The notes below the pieces were generated by a model. That model searched no databases. It worked only from the letters and a program-made list of their open reading frames with translations, and had not been told where the DNA came from. A program made the position numbers and the translations under genes. From Eledone cirrhosa (taxonomy: Eukaryota), in assembly GCA_964016885.1 (NCBI GenBank), contig OZ024743.1:272304001-272368000 (forward strand): DNA of 64,000 nt, written 5' to 3'. Shown piece after piece: positions 45,492-60,425 of this stretch; position 1 is the first letter of the stretch; each line of letters opens with the position of its first letter.

Positions 45492-45748
45492 ACAATATAT
45501 ATGTGTTTGTGTCTATATTGTATCTGTATTATTTTTGACCGTCGGTCAGTCAATGGCAACATTGAGGACCGAGTAAGTTAGATTACTGATATAAAAGACA
45601 GCGAGAAGCGAAAACCAACCAAACAGTGAGTGTGTTCTGTTATTAATTCTGGCAATATTACACAAATATGACCCTCCCCAAGTATAACAATATTTGTTTC
45701 GACACACGATTTCATATAAAAAACCTCGCAAAACTAATTCATCGCCGC

Positions 45749-45779
<31 letters not shown>

Positions 45780-45795
45780 TATTATGTTTCGTCAC

Positions 45796-45829
<34 letters not shown>

Positions 45830-45841
45830 ATATATAAAAAG

Positions 45842-45924
45842 ACTTTCCTGATGACGGAATGATTTTCTATATGTTTCTTCGGAAAATATATTTACTCCAT
45901 TCCAGAAACTAATTAGTTGGAAGT
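45842..45924 (+). ncRNA. Type I hammerhead ribozyme on an isolated ~145-bp fragment between (TA)n
   Basis: Stem I ACTTTC/GGAAGT, CTGATGA (45848-45854), stem II GGAATG/CATTCC with inner TTCG hairpin, GAAA (45905-45908), palindromic ACTAATTAGT, GUU site. Confidence 0.82.
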
Positions 45925-46013
45925 GATATTTTAGTAAGTAAGTTAATTTTATAATTTTCTTATTTTACGTCTCTCATATTATATATATATATATATTTAT
46001 TTATATGTTTCGT

Positions 46014-46053
<40 letters not shown>

Positions 46054-46071
46054 CTATATATAAATATATAT

Positions 46072-46203
<132 letters not shown>

Positions 46204-46216
46204 ATTATATATATAT

Positions 46217-46310
<94 letters not shown>

Positions 46311-46322
46311 CGAAACATATAA

Positions 46323-46387
<65 letters not shown>

Positions 46388-46428
46388 GTATATATATATA
46401 TATATATATATAGTGACGAAAGATAATA

Positions 46429-46464
<36 letters not shown>

Positions 46465-46586
46465 CGGCGATGAATTAGTTTTGCGAGGTTTTTTATATGA
46501 AATCGTGTGTCGAAACAAATATTGTTATACTTGGGGAGGGTCATATTTGTGTAATATTGCCATATATGTATGTACGTGTACATACT

Positions 46587-46685
<99 letters not shown>

Positions 46686-46712
46686 ATATTTATATATATA
46701 TAAATATATATT

Positions 46713-46830
<118 letters not shown>

Positions 46831-47031
46831 TATGTACACGTACATACATATATGTATACAGACGTACAGTAGTATGTACATATATATACATATATGCACA
46901 CATATATATATATACGTATGGATTCACCGAGCATTTATTATAATTTTCGGTGTGTTTGTAAACAAACATCCCGTATTAAGCCGTAGTGTATAGCAACCAT
47001 CGTTGCTCGTTTGTTCAACATTGACAAAGGA

Positions 47032-47068
47032 ACGCTGTACTAGTTTCAAGCTTATTAGCTATCGTCAG
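47032..47068 (-). ncRNA. Hammerhead copy truncated at the inversion junction
   Basis: Minus strand reads CTGACGA-TAGCTAATAAGCTT-GAAA-CTAG-TA-CAGCGT; the 5' strand of stem I is missing. Confidence 0.7.
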
Positions 47069-47432
47069 TGTTGAACAAAGAGAACGATGGTTGCTAGACA
47101 CTACGGCGTAATACGAGATGTTTGTTTACAAACACACCGAGCATTATAATAAATGTTCGGTGAATCCATACGTACATATATATATGTGTGCATGTATGTA
47201 TATATATGTACATACTACTGTACGTCTGTATACATATATGTATGTACGTGTAGATACTTATATTTAAGTAACAGCCGTACTAAAAGTGGGAAATGAAATT
47301 TCGTTTCATTTTTTCCGTTTATCGTTTTCGGTGCACCCGGCCGATTAACCCACTCGATATGCAAATTGGGCTACTCAGCCGTTAATATGCATAAGGTAAG
47401 TATATACATTCAACAATCTGGCAGGAAGGTAT

Positions 47433-47475
47433 ACGTTGCTGACGATAGCTAATAAGCTTGAAACTAGTATAGCGT
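47433..47475 (+). ncRNA. Minimal type I hammerhead ribozyme
   Basis: Stem I ACGTTG/TAGCGT, CTGACGA (47439-47445), stem II AGCT/AGCT, GAAA, palindromic ACTAGT, GUA site. Confidence 0.85.
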
Positions 47476-47865
47476 TCCTTTGTCAGTGTTGAACAAATGA
47501 GCAACGAAGGTTGCTAGACACTATGGCTTAATACGGGATGTTTGTTTACAAACACACCGAGCATTATAATAAATGTTCGGTGAATCCATACGTACATATA
47601 TATATGTGTGCATGTATGTATATATATATGTACATACTACTGTACGTCTGTATACAACCCCTAGAACAACCCCTAGTGGTGAATTAGCTTACATATTTAG
47701 AACAAACCACCCAACCGGAAATTTATAAATTTATTATAATAAATTGAAGTGAAAGCAACTGGTGCGTGTGTTTCTTATTGGCAACATGACCCTCCCAAAG
47801 TATAACAATATCCGTTTGAAGACACGTTTTCAGATAAAGAATCTTGCTAAACAAATTCAAAAACG

Positions 47866-48029
<164 letters not shown>

Positions 48030-48045
48030 TTATATATATATATAT

Positions 48046-50346
48046 AAATTTAACAACTATGATAGAAAACCTTATATTAATTCCGAAAGTGGAAAAAGAA
48101 ATAGATCTAGGAACATATTATGGTTCGCTCCTCCTTTCTCATTAAATATTAAAACCCCTATTGCTAAACTATTTTTTAAAGCTCTTGACAAATGCTTCCC
48201 TAGAACACATAGATATTACTCAATTTTTAATGGACATACTATAAACTTAACTTATTCTTCCAACAAAAATTTACCGCAAAATATTAATAGAATTAATAAT
48301 AGTAACTTAAAACCTAACCAAAATACCAATAATAACCCAAGCAATATACAATTTGATAAATGTAACTGTAGAAATAAATCTAACTGTCCGTTAAATTACA
48401 ATTGCTTAGCTAAAAATATAATATATAATTGTAATGTAAAAACTAATTTAAATTCATTTAATTATGTGGGATCCACAGAGTTCAAATCCTGCTTCAATAA
48501 CCATAAAAATTATTTTACAGATCCAAACAAAAAATCTTCAACTTCTCTATGTAGCCTATTATGGGACCTCAAACTAAAGAACGTTGAGTATTCGTTGATT
48601 TGGAATATTATTTCAGAAGCTACTCCTTTTAACTCCTCTTCAGAAAATTGTGATCTTTGTATAGAGGAAATATTCTTTATATTAAAGACCAAAAATTCCC
48701 TGAACTTAAGGAATAATTTATTCAGTTGCTGTAGACATAGATTAAACTCAACGTTTAAATATAAATATAAATTTAAAATGTAAAATTATATAATTAATTT
48801 TATTGATATATTGAACCTGTCGATAAATCATTAGATTCCTTCATCCTTTTTTGAATGATTATACACTCGAGTAAAAATAACTTTTCTTCCTCAATATAAA
48901 TAAATATAATTAAACTATTCTAGAGAAATATACTGAGAGCTCTTGAAGGAAGAAAATATTTCTCATAAATTTTAATTTTTTATTATTTGATAGCTTCTCC
49001 TATTTTCGAAAGTTTATCCTTTTAAAGATTCTGTTTATTTTTCTTATGGATATAAAATTAAGTTAAATATACGTAGAACATTTTCTATACTAAATATATT
49101 AAACATACTATTATTTTGAAATTATAACTTGAAATATTATATAATATTTTAAAGTTATATTGATTTTAAAGTTATATTGCTTATAACTATATTTCCAAAT
49201 CGTAATATAGTTCTTTTGTATTTTATGTACTCAATTATACTATATACTGCATGTATATGTACTTCTCTCTATATGTGTGTACATATGTATATGTGTGTAT
49301 TGACATGCATGTACATATGTTTTATGCGTGTATGTCTATCTGTATGTTTATATATACGTGATGCGTATCTACCTATTTGTGAGGGTACATATGTGTATGT
49401 ATATGTGGGAATTGTGTATGTACATGTGCGTGTTTATCCATATCATTCGATCGCACTTATGTATAGTGATTATCCCAAGATTCGTGACAAAAAGACATAT
49501 AATAACTGCCATAAATACATAACAGGTAATCTTATAAAACTTATATAAATTTTGTTTAATAACATAAAGTGTGTATAACATAAAATTTCCTTTAATATCT
49601 TAACAATTTAACATTTTATAAGATTCCTATATCTTAAATTAAATTAAAGAATCCTTTATATTTTGTATGTATATGTTATATACGTAGTTAGATATGTATA
49701 TGTATTTTTATAAGTGTGTATATATATTTATATGTACGTATTTTTTGCGTGTGTATACGTGTTATGTAATATATAGATCTTTAATAATATATGGATTTCT
49801 TAATATATAGATCCCAATTTTTAATATATTGATCTCAATATTTAACTGATTAACTAAACATCTTATCATATTTAAACAATGGTTAAATTTCTCATATTAT
49901 ATATGTATATTCCATTCATGATTATTAACATTTTTAATTTTTATTTATTCATTTCATCTCAATTGTTAAGTTAACTCAACAAGATATGACTTAGAGTTTT
50001 TCGTTGTCTCTCATTTTTTCCGTCTCCTCTCTCTCTCCATATTTCTCTCTCTGTTTATTCTGCTCTCTCTCTCTCTTTCCTTCTCTATCTTTCTATTTCT
50101 CCGTAACCCAACGGCTTATTTTAAAAATATCCAATACTAATAATTAACGCTATAACTCCACTATCCGGGAGCTTCCAACAGTAATGGTTGCATTCTTTAA
50201 GGGTATGTCAATATTTATTTATAAAAGTGATCTATATTATATTTTATCTGATGAAAGCACACCATAATTTAACTTGGTGTCCTTGAAATATGTATAATAA
50301 AATAAATATGGTTTTATAAATATAGTTTCCATTTGTTAATATCGTA
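48046..50346 (+). mobile_element. Decayed PLE-E, 5'-truncated (GIY-YIG remnant ~48050-48783, 3' UTR, HHR)
   Basis: CNCRNKSNCPLNYNCL, IIYNCNV, NYVGST, CDLCIEE, CCRH. HHR at 50241-50303. Paralogous to 62305-64000. Confidence 0.82.
50241..50303 (+). ncRNA. Type I hammerhead ribozyme of PLE-E
   Basis: Stem I ATTTTAT/ATAAAAT, CTGATGA (50248-50254), stem II ACACCA/TGGTGT, GAAA (50285-50288), TATGTA, AUA site. Confidence 0.8.
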
Positions 50347-50350
50347 TATA

Positions 50351-50395
<45 letters not shown>

Positions 50396-50396
50396 A

Positions 50397-50504
<108 letters not shown>

Positions 50505-50522
50505 AATATATATATATATATT

Positions 50523-50631
<109 letters not shown>

Positions 50632-50634
50632 ATT

Positions 50635-50665
<31 letters not shown>

Positions 50666-50678
50666 ATATATTTATATA

Positions 50679-50753
<75 letters not shown>

Positions 50754-50755
<2 letters not shown>

Positions 50756-51522
50756 CCTCTTCCGTTTTACTAATAACTTATCCAGTTATCGACGCCCTGG
50801 GGCGAGATATATTGTCTCTAAAGCGTAGAAATATTCGAGACCCCAGTAGACAACTGATGAGGAAAACTTCCCCACCCGTTCTTGCTTTCTTCGTATATCC
50901 ACTGCCTTTTAAGTTACCTTAAATAGCAACTACACAGCCATTTCTATTCTCCATATATTTCATTATGTTTTCACTATGACCATTCTTCTCTTCCCTTCTA
51001 CCTACCTATTTCGCTACTTTCTACTCTCACCCCACTTTCTTCCATTCCCTCTCTCCCTATCTACTCTTACCCCACTTTCTTTCACTCCCTTTCTCCCTCT
51101 CACTTTCACCCTCTCGCCTGACCGTTTAGCAGTTCTCTTCTCACATGAAATTGCGGCGACCAGACGTGTGTCTTTTTTCTCTCGACCACTCAGTCTTGAA
51201 CTTAAGTTCTCTTATCGAGTGGTCTTGGATTTTCTCACCTTAAGTTGCTCACACATTGCTCGGTTTGTTGTTTTTTTCGCTGTTTTGTTACTGTTTTTTC
51301 TTTTCTACTCCTTTGCTTTCCTTCCCTCCTTCCTCCGTTTTCCCAATAACTTATCCAGTTATTGACACTCTGGGGCGAGATATATTGTCTTTAAAGCGTA
51401 GAAATATCCGAGACCCCAGTAAACAACTGATGAGGAAAACTTCCCCACCCGTTCTTGCTTTCTTCGTATATCCACTGCATTTTAAGTTACCTTAAATAGC
51501 AACTACACGGCCATTTCTATTC
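50754..51522 (+). repeat. ~195-bp direct repeats with 573-bp period; LTR-like or retrozyme-like non-coding element
   Basis: 50754-50950 repeats at 51327-51522. Each repeat has CTGATGA but no complete HHR fold. Flanked by TA runs. Confidence 0.7.
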
Positions 51523-52063
51523 CCCCTCCCCCATATATATATATATAATTCCCCCTTCTCCTCTTCTCTACTCTCACTATCTACATTCCTCCACTCAATA
51601 TGTTTTAACCCGACCTTTTGCTTTACATATAGTAATCAGTTGCTTACAGCTACCCCCCGCGATGAGATTCCTAAAATTAGGAAAATTCATGTACAATATA
51701 AGGAATGTAAATAGCTCCAATATGAAGAAATACTGGATTTAAAGTGTGTGATACCTCTTTAATTATATTACAAAGATAATATTTCAACAGAATTTGGTCG
51801 TGTACATTATTATAACTAAGACCTATGTATAGATTATGTATGGCTTATGTGCATCAAAGTCAAACATTTCGTTTTCTTGTTGCGTATAAAATTGTACATA
51901 TGTAGAATTCTAATAAATTGCATTCTTCTCTAGAACTCAGAACTTATGAAAAATATTCAAGACTGACTTTCAATGAGAAGACAGAATACATTCACATATA
52001 GTAACTGTTGGTGTGAATCGGAGATATACTGGAAAAAAACATTTTCCGGAATCCGGTATTTTC

Positions 52064-52132
<69 letters not shown>

Positions 52133-52272
52133 AATATGTATATATATACACACATATATCTCTCTCTATATACATATACATATATATGCACCTATATGTG
52201 CACACACTCACACGTGTATGCGCGTGGAAACACCACTATATATATGTGGAACACATATACACACTCAGGGTC

Positions 52273-52361
<89 letters not shown>

Positions 52362-55066
52362 TCAAATAATAAAATAAAATAATCGATGACCTTTCAGAAA
52401 ACGATGTATAAATTTCGAGTGTTATATATGATTAAACACAGAACTCCTTGACCTTAACCGAATATTTGCTTACATCTACTATCACCATCTGGGACTGGTC
52501 ATCCAATTTCCATTCTATGACCCAAATACTTCTTCTTTCATATCTCCTTGTTTTAATAAATAAAACACCGACAGGAAAACGCTAAAAAATGTTTTCAGGA
52601 AGAAAAGAAAGAAGAAAGGAATAGAAGAATTCCAATGAATGTGTTTGAAGAGGAATAAACCATGAATGAATCCATTTTCTTGACAAAAAACGCATCACTC
52701 TATTAAGTGAAGTTTTTTGTTGCTTGTTCTAGATTAAACAAGACTATTTTCAAAGGCGTTCCAACTATAGGCATCATAAATTTCTTTTAGTACCTTGTGT
52801 ATTCAAGCTACAAGTAAATTCAGTATGTAAATGGAATTGTTAACTATTCCGGAAGTTTAGCCGAAAGAAACATATTGAAAGTAAGAGTTGCCATGGTTAC
52901 TTACATAAATGTACATTGACATACATACACATACGTACATGCTTTTATAAGGCGGGAAAATGGAATTTCAGGAAGATTTGGCTGGGGTCCCTCGTTTGTT
53001 GGGTTAGGTAAAGGTTGGGCTTAGAAGCGTGAAATACGCCAAGAGTACTTAGATTTATTATGTATAAAAAAGTGGCGTAGTTTGCTTGAAGTATTATGTA
53101 ATATAAAATACAAATAAGTTTGGTTATTTGGAAGCCCGACAATGTTCTATTTTCTCAAATTCTTATTACCTTAGCACTTATATCTCACACGCATTGACGG
53201 GCTTCCAAATAACCAAACTTATTTCCTAGTTATATTTGTAAAAGTATAAAAGTATACACAATCTATCCTTAAGAATTGGTAGATTTATATGTGAAAATAG
53301 GGCTTTTGTAAATATATTCTATAGCAAGATTACTTGTTGATTATGTACATAGTTAATGGATTGTCTTGAGCGCAATAACCATAGTTGGAAACATCAACGT
53401 TATCACCGAATATCGTCCATTACTTGTAATTAAAAATGCATCATTGAAGACAGTCCAAACAATTTCTATATGAAACTACTCCGTATGAAAATATACGCAG
53501 ATACACACACTTATATATACATTCATATTAATGGTGAAAAGTAAGTTGTCTCTTGGTTATCAATTGACCTTTTGCTCTACTGTTTGTGTATTGTTAGTGA
53601 GCGAAGTATTTGTATTAAAGGAAACCACATACCTACTCTCGACTCTACAGGAAGATTTACAAATACATTGGATCTAACTGTTTAAGAGAAAGCTGCATTT
53701 TAAATGCGAGTCACATCTATATTTCGTAAACAAACTTTCAAAACATCCACATTTCCATAAGATAACATACAATATTAATGACATAGTATTTAAGCGTCTA
53801 TAGACCACTTAATAAATAATAATAAACTTTGTTATATTAAAAGTGTTTCTATTTCATTTCTGAAACCTTTGTATTTCCGAAAAAATTTCAGCATCACATA
53901 TGATTTTCTTAAGAAAACAACTGATAGTCAGCTACACTAGTAATAGGGTTTTATATTTTTAATGAAAAAATGTACTCTGTAACTTCAGTAACTAGGGTAA
54001 GTGAACTCAATCAGACTTGAGAAGAAGAAACATGTGTCTGCTCATGTGTAGCTCTGCTGTTGATTTTGTTACCTATTTACCGTATATTTTCACAGTGAAA
54101 CTAAATATATGTTTATTAAACAACTTTTATATAATTTCATCTAAGCTATACATTTGTTTATAAATAGAAAGCTATTAATAGGTCATGAACAAATACGGAT
54201 ATGGAAATATGATATATATATTTTAGTCGGTTTTATCCTTAAACTAATTTTCTAAAGGCTTTTGGTTTAACCAGGGGTCCTAATTTTCACTGTGAGAATA
54301 AATATATGTTTATTAGACTTAATTTATCATCCAGCTTAGCACCATCATTTGGCTGCTGGGTTCACTTCTGCCTTTCAATTCTCCCGACAAAGTGATAAAA
54401 ACAAACAAACAAAAAAAACAACAAACAAACAAAAAAAAAACAACAAAAACAGACAAACATAAAGATATGACTCCGCATGCATATGTATCTGTTAAGATAC
54501 AAATTAGCCTATTTTCTTGCTACTTATCTATGAAAATGATCTTTAACCCTTGTTGAGCGTTTTTAATATACATATATTCTCTGCATTCTCTACCTTATTT
54601 CATATAACAACGTTCCTAATTATTTGATAGAATTAAAACAATCTCTATTCATTCGATGTCCATGAGTTCTGACATTCTATCTTAAAATTGCCTATCTTAA
54701 CTATCTCTGATTTAACCATGTTTCTTTTTTTTAAACAAATCATATTCATCTCTCAACACAGATATATAGATTTTATCTCACTTTTAGGAAATCTACAGAA
54801 ATTTTGTTATGTTCTCTACTAAAAAGCCTTTCTTACTCTAAAAAAAGAGAATCCTGTTGTTTGAGACTGCCAATCAAAATAATACTCACTAACCTTAAGC
54901 ATCCAAACCATGTCTCTAATAACGATATCCAGCTCACACCCCCATTATCTACTCGCTTCACAACGCAATGAAGGATCCTCTCCACTGTTGCTAAATTTAC
55001 TAGAAGTAGCAGCCTAATTTCTCTTAGATTACCTCCTACAGTCTAACAATATGAATGATTAACTAC

Positions 55067-55134
55067 ATAATTGTTTCTACTTTTGGCACAAGGCCAGCAA
55101 TTATCCAGTGCATTACTGGTACTTTATTTTATCG
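55067..55134 (-). mobile_element. SINE 3' fragment
   Basis: Matches the 3' end of the SINE at 40639. Confidence 0.7.
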
Positions 55135-55717
55135 TACATAATGTCATCTTGCAGATTTAGTCTGAAAACAACAACAATAACAAAACGGTCACAGCCGGAA
55201 TTTTTATAATAGTATGCGCAATCAATGTGGCTAAACAGTAACAACAATAATTATTCGCCTTCATACTGGAATTTGTAAACAAAATGGAGGCCCTTCGTAT
55301 TCAAGGAACATCGGTAACCCAATAAAGCTGTTTCATTATATGTTATTAAGCGATGGCTGCTAATAAAAAGCCAGCTTCTAGTAAGTTGAATTTACTTCGT
55401 TTATACATCTTATATTATTGTAGAATTAAAATGGCTCGATGTCGAAAACGTAAAACGTTAACTTATACACATAAAACCTTATGACTTGTCAATAAGAATT
55501 GGCGTTTAAAATTTGATTTTAGTTGAATAATTTAATAATATTCGCGACAATATTCATAATAATCATTAAATAAGGATCACACCCTAGCAATACCACTTCT
55601 ATTACAATAAACTTTAGAGGAAGTAGTACAATGACTATCATCACTGCAACTGCAGACGTCATAACAGGAAACGAAGTCACAGAGTTGTTAGAACGTCGGA
55701 TTAAATATCTTCTGCTA

Positions 55718-57333
55718 CCGTGTTTTCCCCATTATAAGCCACCCCCGAAAATAAGCCGTGGCACTATATTTTAGGATGGATTTAATATAAGCAATGCTCC
55801 GAAAATAAGCCGTAGCAAAAATGAACGCCAAAAGAAAGAAATGGCCAGCTATGAAAATTGGCGCAATAAGCCATCATAGAACAGGATTGTATCTTAATGT
55901 AAAACTAACTGATAAGCGGGTGTATAAGAAGTTTGTGGAATGTGAAAAAATCGATAATGAAATTAACGAAAGGAAAGAGGGAAGTGCTTGCAATCAATAT
56001 TGTTTATGCAAATGCGGGTACAAACTGGAAGTAATGGCTTATCAGTAACTTCAGGGGAGAAGATCATTTTCAGCCCTAGACAAAATGAAAGGAAGGAAGA
56101 GTTATACAGTCGAGTACAAGAAAGGAATTGTGGAGGAATCACTGGTCAAGAATCTTATTATTTTCTGCAAAGAAAAGAATCTGGATCTCCGAATGGTTCA
56201 AAGATGGAGAATGGACTACGATAAACTCATCAGGACACGGACGAGGGAAATGCAAAGAAACGTAAGCGTGGATCTGGTCGACTACCGATATTTCTTGAGC
56301 TGGAAGACGCCATCTGTGAATGAATTGCTGAAAGAAGAGCCAGAGCTTTGGTTGTTCACAGGGCTGGTATTCAAACATTTTGCCTTACAAATGCACTAGA
56401 GTTTGGTATAGTTCCAGAAGAATTCAAAGCATCTGGATAATTTCCTTCAGCGACACGAATTTTCTCTGAGAAGATCGACAACACTGTTGAAACTGGATGA
56501 TACTGAGATTATTAAACGTGCACTCGCATTTAAGTCTCTCCAACATGATTGCTATGGATGAAACAGCAGTATTCATGGATCAAAGCTCTCAATCTACAAT
56601 TGATAAAAAGGGTGCACGTCAATTTAAATTCCATCCACTGATTACGAAAGTTCACGAGTTACGTGTATCTTGGCAATTCGTCTCGACGGAAGCAAAACCC
56701 CACCTCTTATCATCACCAAAGGCAAGAAAGATAGAATTGAGCGCGTTTCAGGTATCTGTGTTCCGGAAACTGAAAAGGTGTGGTGCACGCAGGCAGTTTT
56801 AAGAACGTGGAGCGGGGAAATTTCGTGAAGCCTAGCCTTCAAGAGATCGTGACTTGGGTGGAAAATTCATGGAACAAAATCACAGATAGCTGTGTCATGA
56901 ATGCACTATGAGCAGGCTATCTGGATAAGAACTCTCCATTCAATTCTACCTCCATCGCTCAAGATGAAAGACTAGGGACGAAAATTCTACAGGCAATTGA
57001 GTTACAAGAAAATTCCACAGGAATCATTGAATCTACTAATTTGGAAAACAATGACATTCCAGAGCAGGATGACATGATTATTTCTGAATAAATTAGTGGA
57101 TTATTTCGCTCAAGGGTGTGTTAATTTTTAATAAATTTGATCTTTCAAGTAAACATTGCGCGTAAATGCCGATTGTTTTTTCGTAATTTCCAATCATTTA
57201 GCGAATTTGTAACTTTCAGTTTCGTAGTATCGTTTTTTCGGTATATGAACCCCCTCCTCCGAAAATAAGCCGTAGTGGTACATTTCGGAGTAAAAATTAA
57301 TATAAGCCATGGCTTACAATCGGGGAAACACGG
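55718..57333 (+). mobile_element. pogo/Tc2-like (Tc1-mariner superfamily) DNA transposon, decayed
   Basis: TIRs CCGTGTTTTCCCCATTATAAGCCA / TGGCTTACAATCGGGGAAACACGG, TA on the left (TG on the right), subterminal CCGAAAATAAGCCGT repeats. Confidence 0.88.
56085..57091 (+). pseudogene. pogo-type DDE transposase remnant
   Basis: RKSYTVEYK...VQRWR HTH, CENP-B-like HTH, SLRRSTT, IAMDETAVFMD, VTCILAI...PPLII across frameshifts. The central catalytic region appears deleted. Confidence 0.82.
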
Positions 57334-57353
57334 TGCTGCTGCTGCTGTTACTG

Positions 57354-57416
<63 letters not shown>

Positions 57417-57982
57417 GCTATATGTCCACTACTGATACTAACAATGGTTACAAAAGTTCCCTATCTATGAAATCGATTTTGAATTACATATGCGTATATT
57501 TATTATCCATTTAAACTCTAAAACGACATATCTCATGCAATCTATTTTGCAATCAGGTATACAATAGATTTTTTTCCTGCTGAAATAAGTACCAAGCAAA
57601 GTTCCGATAGAAACATATATAAAAATAGACATTTACACACATACAAGCATACAAAAACATGTGCGCACACATATAAACTTTAACATAGACATATGTGCAT
57701 AGAACCCCAAGAAAACGATTGTTTACCTAATGTACCGTTATATTTTTGTCTTTAATAATAAACTATTTCTTTTTGAGCAAAGGAAATATGTTCGAAAACA
57801 ATATTTGGGGTAGACTACCATCTGATATTAAGTACACACACACACACACAGACACACACAGACACACACACAGAGACACACACAGAGACACACACACATA
57901 GACACAAACACGCGCGCACACACACATATATATATATATACGAAATTTATATGCACAAATATATACATATATAATTAAATTA

Positions 57983-58029
<47 letters not shown>

Positions 58030-58160
58030 TATTCGATTACATTCATAATTCATTCTATTGTAATTATAAATATATATGCATTTATGTATATATATATATA
58101 TGTATATATACACACACACACATATATATATATGTATATATGTATATATATATGTATATA

Positions 58161-58218
<58 letters not shown>

Positions 58219-58221
58219 CAC

Positions 58222-58276
<55 letters not shown>

Positions 58277-58442
58277 CACATACATACATATATATATATA
58301 CACATACATGCACACGTACATACATATATCTACACATACATGCACACGTACATACATATATATACATATACATACACACATACATACATATATATATATA
58401 TATACACATACATACATATATTAATATATATAATGTGTTTGA

Positions 58443-58502
<60 letters not shown>

Positions 58503-58536
58503 TCACACACACACACACATATATATATACACACAA

Positions 58537-58570
<34 letters not shown>

Positions 58571-59037
58571 TCGCACATACGAACTAAAAGACTCGTAGAT
58601 ATATAAATACATACAAGTACATCTACAAGAGCACATTCATATTGTTGTAGTGCATTGGTATTCGTGTGGTTGAAAGCGATTCAGCTCTATCCGAGCGTAT
58701 TTCATTTGTACTCTGTAATCTAACGAGATTTTCTATATAACGACGAGGAAGACCAAAATATAGCGATTAAGGAATGTATATACAGAATTTATATTATAAA
58801 ACACCCAACTAATAGAAAAATGCCTCAGTAGATATGAACAAAAACAAATCAAATATTGAAATATTGCATAACTTAACTGCTAAACGATTGCATAATTGTA
58901 TATTGATTGATATACAAATCAATATCCTTAAAAGGCTATTTCCTAGCTTTCTATCTACTTGCTTACATGCTTACATAATATGTACTATCGACCTACCTAC
59001 CTATCTAGCCACTGTCGTTTCCATAAACCAGTGTACT

Positions 59038-59287
59038 TATGTATGTATGTATGTATGTATGTATGTATGTATGTATGTATGTATGTATGTATGTATGTAT
59101 GTATGTATGTATGTATGTATGTATGCATGTATGTGTGCATGCATGTATGCATGTATGTATGCATGCATGCATGCATGTATGCATGCATGCATGTATGCAT
59201 GCATGCATGTATGTATGTATGTATGTATGTATGTATGTATGTATGTATGTATGTATGTATGTATGTATGTATGCATGTATGTATGTA
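59038..59287. repeat. (ATGT)n/(ATGC)n tetranucleotide microsatellite
   Basis: Direct reading. Confidence 0.95.
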
Positions 59288-60425
59288 TCCCAGTACAACT
59301 TGTCCCATGGTCGGGTCGTTGGCGACTAAACTGGCAACCCCACCAAGGTTTCTTGGTGAGGAGGGTGACTTTGGACATCCTGCAGGACTAAAAACAAAAC
59401 CTGTCAAAGGGCAAAGGAGCTCTTAAGAGTCAATGGTCATCCAAAATCACCGGGAGAGATGACCCCTTAGCCTTTGTCAATGCAGAATTCTAGGAGAAGG
59501 AAAACTCTGATATAACACCTGCAACCCTGATGGTATCCAATGATGTTGACTTGTTCTTCTTTTTGGTAAATATCATCTTGGTTAAGAGAGTGGGACTGGC
59601 TTTCTACAGTGCCTTTGCTCACTATAAAAGCTTCACGGCACAGGCATTGCTTTATATCTAGAGATCTCTCTGCACTTGTCGTCACATGGTACCATGGGCC
59701 CAGCACTATGTGTCAATAATTGTTGCAAGTGTAGTGTTTGTACCAGAGTTTTCAAGTCGCTGGCTGGACTAAAAAGTCACACTCGTTCAGCGCATCGGTA
59801 GGGGTTCTCCTACATGGATATAAAGTAGTGGCCGTACTCGAAAACGAGTTGGCAGCCACCATGTATGTATGTATATATGTCAGGTCACTCTGAAGGGCTA
59901 CTGGTAACATGTAACCCAGTACAACCTGTCTCGTGGTGGGGTCGTCCGCGACTAAACCGGCATCCCACCAAACTTGCTTGGTGAGGAGGGTGATATTTGG
60001 ATACCCTGTGGGATGAAATACAAGGGCTGGCGAAGGTCGGAGGAACTCAGCAGAGTCCACGGCTATCCAAAGAGTACTTTGATTTTCTTTTTTTTTTACC
60101 TGGGAGTGAAAGGCCCCCCCCCCCAGTTGTTGTCACAACAAATTTCTAAGAGAGGGAAACTCTGAAAAAAAAAAACTTGCGGCTTCGGAAACATCCGATA
60201 ATGTTGACCAGTTCTCCTTTTGGGGTAGTGTTTTCGATGCTCAGATAGTGGGATTGGTCTAGTGCAAGGCCTTTCCCCAACCTTCAAATCATAGGCATTG
60301 CTTGTTCAGTATATGTTACAGGTCCGTGTGGCTGGCCGTAGCCTAAAGGTGCACCATTTCCTGTAATCTGACAAGCAATTGCAATACTCTTAGCAGAGTT
60401 TGCAGCCACCATGTATGTATGCATA
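59288..60425 (+). mobile_element. Two tandem diverged non-coding elements ending in GCAGCCACC(ATGT)n; SINE or LINE-derivative-like
   Basis: ~59288-59445 resembles ~59915-60070 (CCCAGTACAAC...GCGACTAAAC...CTTGGTGAGGAGGGTGA). Both units end GCAGCCACCATGTATGTATG (about 59852 and 60402). Confidence 0.55.

Larger units (their letters stand above)
42771..45748 (+). mobile_element. Penelope-like element PLE-C, 5'-truncated, with inverted pseudo-LTR
   Basis: 42771-43084 is an inverted copy of ~45375-45690. Body 43085-45748. (TA)n flanks. Confidence 0.88.

Noticed and set aside
52380-55700. Host gene exons in the less repetitive region
   Set aside because: Only isolated splice-like strings; no ORF or recognisable protein motif. 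Exons cannot be excluded without RNA data.
59288-59960. HDV-like ribozyme in the 5' block of the ATGT-tailed elements
   Set aside because: Partial P2/P4-like pairing only; a proper P1 and P1.1 could not be assembled by eye.
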